Origin: Gracilinanus agilis
Taxonomy: Eukaryota
Reading direction: 5' to 3'
Length of the DNA stretch: 64,000 nucleotides
NCBI RefSeq assembly: GCF_016433145.1
Contig: NC_058130.1
Coordinates: forward strand, 126,327,122-126,391,121
The notes below the pieces were generated by a model. It saw only the letters and a program-made list of their open reading frames with translations. It ran no database searches and was not told where the DNA came from. The translations under genes were made by a program, and so were the position numbers. This document shows positions 40,706-50,070 of this stretch, piece after piece; the first letter of the stretch is position 1; each line of letters starts with the position of its first letter.

Positions 40706-40769
40706 CCCAGTCTCCAATCCCATCCTCATCTCCATCCCTATCCCAGTCTCCATCTCCATCCAAATCCTC
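40706..40769. repeat. Degenerate hexamer repeat (CYCCAT-like) at the 5' end of intron 1
   Basis: cccagt ctccaa tcccat cctcat ctccat ccctat cccagt ctccat ctccat ccaaat. Confidence 0.8.
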
Positions 40770-40780
40770 GCCTCTCTCAC

Positions 40781-40871
40781 CTAGGACCACAGCAAGCACG
40801 GTGGACAGCAGAAGCCAGTTGTTCTTGAGAAATCGCTTGTAGTCCCATCCCCTCCTCTCTGGCTTCCCCAT
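40781..40871 (-). CDS. SLC1A1: SLC1A1 (EAAC1/EAAT3 excitatory amino acid transporter) coding exon 1, 91 nt, phase-1 end
   Basis: Translates to [31 protein letters not shown], matching the mammalian EAAT3 N-terminus (human [31 protein letters not shown]). It has a perfect Kozak context GCCACCATGG and a donor CTAG|GTGAGA at 40780. The 91-nt coding length equals human exon 1 as I recall it. Confidence 0.97.
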
Positions 40872-41420
40872 GGTGGCCGCTGAAGCTGCCGGCGCCAGCA
40901 GCCTCTGATCCTTTGCAAAGAAGCTCCTGATGTTGGCGGTGGTGGGGTCCCAAGGGGTCGGAAGCCTCCGGCCGCCTGGGACAGAGCAGGGGCGAAGAGC
41001 CGGAGCAGCGGAGGTTGAGCGCACTGGATGTGCTGGAGGCGCAAGGCCGTCTATTGCTCCGAATGCTGCCGCCTCTCTGGTGCTTGCCTCTCTGAGGCCG
41101 GAAGCCCGCAGCCGTGCGCGCTGCTCCTGCCAGCCTAGTGAGTGCCAGCTTTGGGGGTGGGAAAGAGGGCCGGGGGGAGGGGGGGGGAGGGAAGGGGTGT
41201 GGAAGCCGTGCGGGGTTGGGCGGGCTCGGCTCCTCCTGCTGCCGCTGTGCTAGGCTGCGTCCCGGCCAACCAGGGTTGGGAGAGGGAGGAGACGGCTTTT
41301 AGGGTGGTGAGTCCGCGGAGGGCTTGCGGGAGTGCTCCGCACCAGCCGCACTACCGTGCCCAGCCAAGCGGCGGCGGCAGAAGCTCGAACAGCTGTTCCT
41401 CAGGCTTTTCCCCAGCCTTC
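40830..41420 (-). promoter_or_regulatory. SLC1A1: CpG island / SLC1A1 promoter and 5' UTR
   Basis: The only GC-rich, CpG-dense stretch in a CpG-depleted window. It directly precedes the ATG, contains GGGAGGG and G-run motifs, and has no upstream ATG on the minus strand. The TSS cannot be determined from sequence. Confidence 0.9.
41153..41224 (+). promoter_or_regulatory. G-quadruplex-forming / MAZ-Sp-type G tract
   Basis: gggggtgggaaagagggccggggggagggggggggagggaagggg...: at least 7 runs of 3 or more G with short loops. Confidence 0.7.
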
Positions 41421-41891
41421 AGAGTTCTTTAGCCTCCTCTGTTTCTTTCGCTGTTGTAAAGAGGAAAGAACGCTTGAAATCAAGAGAAACTGTTCAAATC
41501 CAGGTTTTGCTACGTATTACCTATACAGCCTAGGGGCAAGCCCCTTCCTCTTCCTGGACCTCAGTTTCTTTAGATGTCAAATGAGGGCGGGATTTAGACT
41601 AAATTTTCTCTAAGCTCCTTTAAAGCTCCTATGATTCGGGGCTTTGTAACAACTCAACTCATTCACCTCCCCCCATCCTGACACACACAGCCAGTGTCCG
41701 AAAATATTTATCCTCTTTGGATCCCAACTTGAGTACTCCACTAGTCCTTAGTGATATTCAATCTTCTCTAATGTTCATCTACAGAACTCAATTGCACTTA
41801 ACTATCTAATTTTTGTGCCCAAGGCAAAAATAGAAAATTGCACTCCTTTTCCTAATGAGGTGGAATGCTGGGGATGGTAGATGCATACATG

Positions 41892-41894
<3 letters not shown>

Positions 41895-41952
<58 letters not shown>
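41895..41952. repeat. (AC)17(AT)12 compound microsatellite
   Basis: Direct read. Confidence 0.95.
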
Positions 41953-43078
41953 TTCTGTTTCTTTAATCTTTGCTTACCCAAAGCATAGTCTCACTGTTAT
42001 TATAGCTCTCTTCATTAATCATGATCATTTATAGAAGCACTTTAAGGTTTATACAGAGATTTTCTTAGGACAATTCTTTAAAGTAGTAGGAATGTCTCCA
42101 ATCTCCTTTATTGTTCTGATAAGGAACTAAAGTTTACATAGATAAAATGACTTGCCCAAGGTTATAAAGAAAGTGTCAAAATGCAATGCAAGTCACCGAA
42201 GTGCCTGCAAGGTCAGATCCTCCCAGAGACTAATTGGGCTCCTGCATTGTAAACTCTGATTAATGTCTGATCCAGTCAGTGCAAGGTGTCTTGCTTTCCC
42301 TAGAGAGGCTGTCTTAGTGGAGCTCCTGGAACTATGCCTTGAAACTAAATGCATTTAAATAGACATAAGATAATTTCACTAAGTTAAGTTAGGGGTCCTC
42401 ACCCTTTTATCATCTTCAAGTTCTTGGCTTCTGAATAGATTTACAGGCTTTGTTTCCTCTTTTATATCTATGTAAATTTCTCATTTTTAATTTAATGACA
42501 ACTAGTCTACACTTTCACCATTTTTCTATTTCCACTGACCCTGAAAGTCTCTTTCCCTGATTACCTTTCCTAAAACTTGGTCAATCCTTACAGTTTTCAC
42601 CAACTATTGAATTTACCTATCCATCAGTCACTGTTTCCATGAAAACTCCATTACTTGAAAAAAAAAAAAGTGTGCCCACATGGCTTGCTTTTTACCTGAG
42701 ATTTTTCACAACCTAAAATTCTGGCTTGCAACTTTGTCCCTCTTAAAATATAAGCACCTTTTTATCCCTAGAGCCTTATCAAGAACTTGCATCTTTGTAT
42801 GAAAATGAGTCTTATTCTTTAAGAAGACCAATTTTTTTTTCTAGGGAAAAGGTGGAGAAGGCACTGGATATTATAAAGGGGCTTAGGACCTTTTAAAAAT
42901 ATTTTGTTAATTGTATTATGTTTTAATATAATTATATGATAATCTTATGAAACTTATGCACTTAAAATCATTATTCTAAGAAGGGGTCATTAAGTTTCCA
43001 ACTGACCATTAGAGGAGGCCAGGAATCAAAAAAATTTAAGAACCTCTTGGAGAGAAGAATATGGAATGCCACTAATAG

Positions 43079-43532
43079 TGTCATAGGGGAGCAAATTGGT
43101 GAACCCCTGGGTTCGGGAAGGAAACCATTCTCAAGAATGAGAGGACTCCAAACTTAGCTTAAAAGTTAAAAAAGAAAGATTTATTAGTAAGATAGGATTA
43201 ATGGCCAGCAAGACAGCATGAGTGGAGTAGCCATGGGAGGCTCCCCCCAGGTCCCCCAGTTCTCCCCCTTTTGTATCCTTTCCTGTAGTGTATAAGTGAC
43301 TCCCTGCACTCAGTTGGTGCAGGGTCCCTCCTAGACCCTCAGGGCCTAGATTGTCCAGGTGTGTCCTGGAGGTGTATCTCTTTGCCTATCTCAACTCAAA
43401 GGAATTCCAAGGACAATGGTCCTTGCCTTGGGGGTCTCAAGGGCAGGAAGGGGGAAGGGAATTCCCCTGCTCACAGCCTGCCAGAGTCAAGGGGTATAGG
43501 GTCCCTGCCATCTCTGCACAATGCCCATGTCA
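43079..43532 (-). mobile_element. Solo ERV LTR (454 bp)
   Basis: TG...CA termini; perfect 4-bp TSD atag (43075-43078, 43533-43536); minus-strand AATAAA at 43179-43184; TATA-like gatacaaaaggggg. Confidence 0.8.
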
Positions 43533-44504
43533 ATAGTAGGGGAAAAGGTGAAGAAAATAGAGTGTGACTTCCTATACTTAATGCAGTGATAGGGTTCAAA
43601 ACAAAATCCTCTGTGAGATCTGAAGGGGAAAGTTGTGACTGCTCTAGAGAGCATACCAAGTCCTCTTAGACAGAGATGTTGAAATTTATCTGGAGGCTTA
43701 CCCTTGATGCTGACTTGCTGTGTGATTTTTAGGCACTTTACGTCTTACTTTAGGCACTAGACACTAAAGGAGAAGATGTCAATGGAAAAGGGTGATGTCA
43801 ATGTGAAGAATAGTGATTGCTTTCTCTAACCAGTAGATATCACCTATCCTAGGGTACCCAAATTCCATAGCATTGATTGACTATCCTTCAGGATCTTATC
43901 ATATTTTTGTTGCTGTCTTTAATCCTTTATGTGTCTCTGAGCAAAAGTTTTCTAAATTCTAGTTTTTCACCGTACAAAATATTCTCTTGATGCCAGATTC
44001 AGAGCCTCATCCATCTGCCACTCCACAGACAAAACTCATTTTGACTTTGTAATATGAAGGTTAAAAAGAAAGGTGACGAATTCAATGGCTTCCTGGAGCT
44101 GCATAATATTAGTTCAGATGCAAGAGACATTTGGAAATGGAAAACAGTGAGAAGTTAGCTCCTGAGTATCCTGAACAATTGCTTCTTGGTTATGTTCACT
44201 AGCAAGAAAGCACATGCAGTTGATAAGCTTTGTCCTTAAAGGAAAGGGTAGTCATTGGTCTGGTATTGAGCTACAGCAGGCAGATTGGCTCCCTCAGCAC
44301 AGTTTAGCTGCTAAGTATTTTGTGATTCTTAGCAGGAAGGCTTTTATGGATATGTAGAAGTTTTTGGTTAATTAAAACAATTTTTTTAAATGCAACCTCT
44401 ATTTCCACCTTCAGGTAAACTATAATCCATATTTTAATTTGAGAAGCATAGTGGCATAATAAATAGACTTCTCAAAATACCACAGGGCAATACAATTTTG
44501 AGTA

Positions 44505-44645
44505 TGAGTAAGGAAGGAGCAAAGGAAGAAATGGAAGAAGGAAGAAAGGAAAATAAAAAAAAACTAAGAAGGAAGGAAGAAAGAAGGAAAGGAAAGAAGA
44601 GAAGAGAAGGAAAGCAGGAAAGATGGAAGGAAGGAAGAAAAGATA
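44505..44645. repeat. GA-rich low-complexity purine tract
   Basis: GGAA/GAAA-type degenerate repeats. Confidence 0.85.
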
Positions 44646-45494
44646 AATCTTTTCTTGATGAAATCAGTTTCTCTTTTTAATAGATTTTGCAATGAGGCTC
44701 ATGTTGCTAAGAGAAACCAATAGCTTAAAAAGAAATACATTCATGCAAAATGTGATGCCAATAGTGGAAAAATGTTACATTGGCTAACAGAATCCTAGCA
44801 TATATAGAGCTGAAAGGGACATTAGAGATAAATCATCTCTTCCCTTGTTTTATAGATAAAGATGTAAGATTGATGTAGATCTTGGCCCCTCCCCTCATTT
44901 GTCTGTTGTGCCTCACTCTTACACATACCAGTTCCTAGAAGAGATAGAGAGGACAGAAGTATTGCTTCCTGGTAGAAATTTTCCTGTATACCTGTTTTTG
45001 TGACTCATTACTAATCCTTCCTTTTCCCATTATCATTTCCTAACTCTTTCCCCTCTTCCCCATATGCCATGAAATCTCTTCTCTGAGTTCATATAAACTG
45101 CTATTTTTCCTGATGTGCTCCAAAGAGCTTTGATTCCCCTTCTCCTGAGGCAGGTTGCTGTCCTTAGAGATCTGACACTCAGAGGTATTGGTTTCTCTAA
45201 GCACCAAATCCCTGCAGATTAATCATATTGTAAGATTCTCCATCTCTAATGATAGAAACTCTTTTCTCTTTCCTCATGAGAGCATTCTTCAGTGGGACCT
45301 CCTGCCACCCCTGAATCAAGATTTCTCCTTTTCTTTCACCTTTTTTTCACCTACTTTAATCACACTCTCTTCCACCTCATTTGTTCTTCTGTATTTTTGC
45401 TTCTTCCTGAGACTACAGAAGTTATTTTGCCTCCATTGTTTACCATTGACTTCATTAGGACATTCACACGTCACCCTCTATTTTTTCCCTCTTC

Positions 45495-45630
45495 AATGAA
45501 AAATGTGGAAATAAGTATCAGATGATAACATTTGTACAATGCAGGGATTGCTTGTTGGCTCTGGAAGTGGGGGAGGGAAGAGAGGTGGGAAAGAAAATGA
45601 ATCATGTAAACATGGAAAAATATTTAAAAA
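45495..45630 (+). mobile_element. Short L1 3' end with possible TSD
   Basis: Same terminus as the 21445 copy; flanks attttttcc(c)tcttc on both sides. Confidence 0.7.
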
Positions 45631-46483
45631 TTTTTTCCTCTTCTCTGAATTTTTATGTCCCATCTGAAGTTTAGTCTCACCAAAAAAAAAAATTGACTTG
45701 TAGATGCAATATTATCTTTCTCTATACCATCACTTCTATTTAAATTCTGTCTTATCTTTTGTATCCTTATGTATTGTTAAAAAAAGAAGTCTTAGTGGTC
45801 CATCTATAGTTATTTTTTTGTTACTGCTATTGTTTTTAATCTCATAAATGACTTTGTTTTTCTAATTTTATTTTATTGGGGTAATTTATTTTTCCTTTGT
45901 TGGTAGCTGTATTTATTTATCTTTCTTTAATTTCTGTGTCTAAAGGTTTTACAAAGCAAATAATTTGCTCCTGTGGTAGGAATGCTTTAAATACCATCTT
46001 TTATTGAATGTCCATCTTTTTTTTTAAATTGATAATTAGACAGGTTTACAGAGTATATCACTTTGGAATGAATCTGTAGTTTCTTTTTCCTTCAGAAGAT
46101 ACTATTCCATTCCTTCCTGTGTTTTCTGATGGACGCAGAATAATTTTATATTCCTTTATATTTGAAGACCTTTCTCTTAGTCATTTGAAAATTTTATTCT
46201 TTTTCATTGGAATTGTACAATTTAATCACTATGGGTATTGGAGTTTGCAGTATAGCAACTTGTTTGTTTGTTTTGATGGAGTAGAGGGTGCTGGGTGAGT
46301 GTATTAGAGATTAGGGATTGTCCTTCTCTGTTGTTAGTTCAATGGATTGTTATCTCATTAGGGTACTTGATTTCTTAGACCATGGAGATAGCTGTAAATT
46401 ACTGTACATAATTACTTACATAACTGTAAGATACTGTACATAATTCTCATTTTGGGAGGTTTTAAAAAGTGTGAGGACAAGAG

Positions 46484-47290
46484 GAAATGAATTTTCCTCC
46501 ATATTGTTGATCATGTGACCTGGGAAACTGAAAGAAATGTAAATCAATAACCACAATGAGAAGAACAAAAAAATAGAAATAACTTTCATCTACAAATACT
46601 TGATCTCTTTGCCAGGTGAAGATATAAGACAGCAAAGGCAGTGTAAGTTGAGAATATAAACTCATCTATAAAATCTTACTGAGTGTAGTGGAAGATAATG
46701 AAAAGCATCACATAAATCAGTGAGAAGCAGTGGAGAGGAAAACAAGATTTCAGGAAGCCTAGTTAGAGAACCAATTAAGCAAAGTCATCCTAAGGGCATT
46801 TAAAGATGAAAATGGAAGAAAGACAATAAATAGGTAAAAAATTAAAAAAGGTTTCTTTTTCAGTGATAGCAATGGTACCACATTTGAACTTTATATGGAA
46901 GTTTACATGTATCTTATAAGAGAGTGGAAATAGTAGTAATGAATACAATAATGGAGAAAGTATAGACTTTATTAATTAACTTTATTAATTAAAATTTATT
47001 AACAATAAGAATAATGATAGCCTTTATTGATTATCTCAAAATCTTTAATTCTCTTTTAGAGTGATAGCTTATTAATGTACTCTCTCTATAAAACATACTA
47101 TATTGCATATATGTAGATATACACACTGTACATATATAATATAGAAGCAAGAATATTGAAATCACTAGAATATTTGTTATCTACATGGAAAACTATTCTC
47201 TTTTAAAACATACTGCCAACTCATAGTCAAGAACAATTAAATAAGATGTGGCATTTTTGAGTCATACAATTTTAGCCCATTACAGTCCTG
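46484..47290 (+). mobile_element. Dong-R4-clade LINE fossil (Mam_R4-like), pre-RT and RT segments
   Basis: Degenerate translations: QILDLFAR*RYK (pre-RT), KWK..VKIKKGFF(QG)DS near 46820-46870, and ILKSLEYLLSTWKT..IRCGIFESYNFSPL at 47140-47283, resembling the R4 RT motif IRRGIFQGDSLSPL. Confidence 0.65.
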
Positions 47291-47293
47291 TCC

Positions 47294-47528
47294 TTCATTA
47301 TCTTCCACTATACTCAGTAGGATTTTTATAGATTAGTTTATTTTCTAAACCTATGCTGTCCTTTGCTGCCTTATATCTCTACCTAGCAAACAGATCAAGT
47401 ATTTGTATATAAAAGTTGTTTCTATAATTATTTTTTGTTCTCCTCATTGCAGTCATTGATTTACTTTGGTTATATTTCCTTAGGATTGCCAGGTCACATG
47501 ATCAACAATATCGAATACAATTCATTTC
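47294..47528 (-). mobile_element. Inverted copy of the R4 pre-RT segment at 46484-46702
   Basis: The reverse complement aligns to 46484-46702 at roughly 85-87% identity by manual count, with two small indels. Confidence 0.85.
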
Positions 47529-47738
47529 TATCCAAAGGATCAAATCCATGATCATTTAAAAACATTTTTATTTTTAGAAAAATTTTCCATGGTTCCATGA
47601 TTCATGTTCTTACTCCCCCCTCCACCCCCTTCCCTGCAGCCGATGTGTATTTCCACTGGTTTTAATATGTGTCATTGATCAAGACCTATTTCCATCACTG
47701 ATAATTGCAATGGGGTGGTCATTTAGAGTCAACATCCC

Positions 47739-47836
47739 AAATCATTTGGTGCATACATATTGAGCACTGAAGAAAAACCCATGTGTTCAAACAGTTGTTT
47801 TTCTTCAGTGCTCAATATGTATGCACCAAATGATTT
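47739..47836. repeat. Perfect 40-bp inverted repeat with 18-nt loop
   Basis: 47739-47778 aaatcatttggtgcatacatattgagcactgaagaaaaac is the exact reverse complement of 47797-47836. Confidence 0.98.
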
Positions 47837-48000
47837 AGCATCTAAATTTCTAAAGGAGAAATTGGCAGAGCTAAAGAAGGAAATAGATAGTAAAAAATAC
47901 TAGTAGGAGGCCTGAATCTTCCCCCATCAGATCTAGATAAATCAAGCCAAAAAATGAATAAGAAAGAGGTAAGAGAGGTGAATGAAATCCTAGAAAAATT
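47805..48000 (+). mobile_element. Inverted L1 ORF2 endonuclease segment inside the minus-strand L1
   Basis: Translates to SVLNMYAPNDLASKFLKEKLAELKKEIDSK/ILVGGLNLPPSDLDKSSQKMNKKEVREVNEILEK, containing the APE-type EN motifs YAPN and GDxN-like. Confidence 0.92.
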
Positions 48001-50070
48001 TACTCTATTTAGTTTCTTTCCCCATTTCTCTTAATATTATCTTCTTTCCCCCTTCTAGCTTTATATATATTTATACATAAATATGTATATGTCTTGACAT
48101 TTCATCCTATACATTTTGTCACTGTTCCCTCTCAGTGTACTTCTTCTAGCTACCCTGATGATAATAGCAATTTTTAAGAGTTACCAATATCATCTTTTCT
48201 TATAGGGATACAAATTGAACTTATCAGGTCCCTTAAAGAAAAGGTTATGGTTTTTTGTTCCTCCCCCCTTTTAATTACCTTTTGGTGATTCTCTTGAGTT
48301 CTGTGTTAGGGCAGCAAATTCTCTAAGCCTGTTTTTTTTCTTTATGAATGCTTGGAAGTCTTCAATTTTATTAAATGACCATACTTTCCCCTGTAAGAAT
48401 ATAGTCAGTTTTGCTGGATAGTTGATTCTTGGTTGTGGGCCTACTTCCCTTGCTTTCTGGAATATCATATTCCATGCCTTATAGTCCTTCAGTGTAGATG
48501 CAACCAGATCCTGTGTTATCCTAACTGTGGTTCCATGGTATCTGAAGGACTTCTTAGTGGCTTATAATATTTTTTCCTTGGTCTGGTAGTTCTTGAATTT
48601 AGCTATAACATTCCTGGGTGTTGTCAGTTGGGGATTAAATGTAGGAGGTGATCTGTGGATTCTTTCAATCTCCACTTTTCCCTCTTGTTCTAGAATGTTG
48701 GGGCAGTTTTCTTGGATAATTTCCTGTATGATGCTGTCCAGGCTTTTCCTTTTGTCATGATCTTCTGGTAGTCCAATAATTCTCAAATTGTCTCTCCTTG
48801 ATCAATTTTCAAGGTCTGTGATTGTGTCAATGAAGAGTTTCATATTTTCCTCAATTTTTTCATTCTTTTGATTTTGTTTTATATATTCTTGCTGTCTTAT
48901 GAAGTCATTTGCTTCTAGTTGTTGGATTCTGATTTTTAAAGACTGAATTTCTTCCCTGGATTTTTGGTCATCCTTCTCCTTCTGGTATGATTTTCTTTGT
49001 AGTTCATCTTTCACTTTCTTTGCCTCCTTTTCAAGCTTGTCAATTTTGGCTTTCAAGACACTATTTTCTAGTTTAAGTTCATGTATTTGTATTTTCTTTT
49101 CACAATTGTCTTCAGCCTCTGTTGACTGTTCTTTAAGTTCTTGAGTTAATTGAATTTTGAGTTCTTCCAAAGCCTGTGTCCATTTCACTGTGGTTTCTTG
49201 TTTTTAATTGGTGTTCCTTAATCTTCCTCTGATCAATTTGCTCTTTGTTCAATTTCTGGATAGAAGTTGTCAATTGTAGTTTCTTTTTTCTTTTTCTGTT
49301 GTTTACTCAATTTTTTCCCTTCTTTCCCCCCTGTAATTGGCTATAATTTTGCTCCTCTGATCATTTTTTTTAATCTGTGGGTTTGGGCTTTTCAGTACTG
49401 GAAGGGCTTCTTCTTTCCTCTGTTGACTAATTAGACTAGTGGGATCTGATGCCAGATCTTCAGCAGCTGGTAGTGAAAGCTAAAGATGTGATTTTATCTA
49501 CTTTCACTGCAGTCTATGGGGAAGGGGTGTTGGAGCTTCCCTGCCCTCTGAAGACTTCTTATGTTCTGTACTGATAAGATTAAGCCTTGGTGGGGTTGAT
49601 CTGCAGAGCTTGAAGTGCCCTGAGGCCAAAACCTCAAGAAAAAAGGGGGGTCAGTGCAAGATGGAGTGTTTGTTTGCCCTCTCTGCGTTTCTCCCCAAAC
49701 ACCTCCCTGTTGTCTGTGATCAGAGCCTTGAGTCTGGCACAGCATTCCCTCCAAACTAGCACTCATGCCCACCCCAAGATTCCAGGATCCGCTGGAGGCT
49801 CAGCACATTATGTTGGGGAGGGGACCTGGGACCTTCCTCCTTTTTCTCTCCTCCCACCAGACAGTTCAAAGAATTCAGGCTGTTTTTCTTTTTTTTCTGT
49901 ATATCTTTTAGGTTGGGTTCAACAGGACAATCCCCTAGCTCTGTTCTATCGTTAGATTTGGTTTTCTGTCCCTTCAAAGCCCTTTGTCCTTGATTGGTGT
50001 TAAAGTTTATAAAGGTCTGGAGCCTTGCTGCTTCTAAGTCACTATCTTCCCAGAATCTCCATGATAATTT

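Larger units (their letters stand above)
1..40780 (-). other. SLC1A1: SLC1A1 intron 1 (continues beyond the left edge of the window)
   Basis: Begins at the GT donor after exon 1. No sequence encoding exon 2 ([25 protein letters not shown]-like) was seen by eye in 1-40780. Confidence 0.85.
47558..50057 (-). mobile_element. L1 (Mdo-type) with both termini, decayed ORF1, large internal deletion and internal inversion
   Basis: 5' end GATTCTGGGAAGATAG at ~50057; ORF1 remnants 49364-48271 (WTQALEELK, RIIGLPEDHD, ERIHRSPP, PRINYPAKL); inter-ORF region to 48001; 3'UTR and A tail 47804-47558. TSD tccatgat(c/a)attt at 47545-47557 and 50058-50070. Confidence 0.9.

Noticed and set aside
40792-40812. RE1/NRSE-like sequence in exon 1 (gcaagcacggtggacagcaga)
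   Set aside because: Only 12 of 21 positions match, with the TTC start and a core C missing, and the sequence is constrained by coding.
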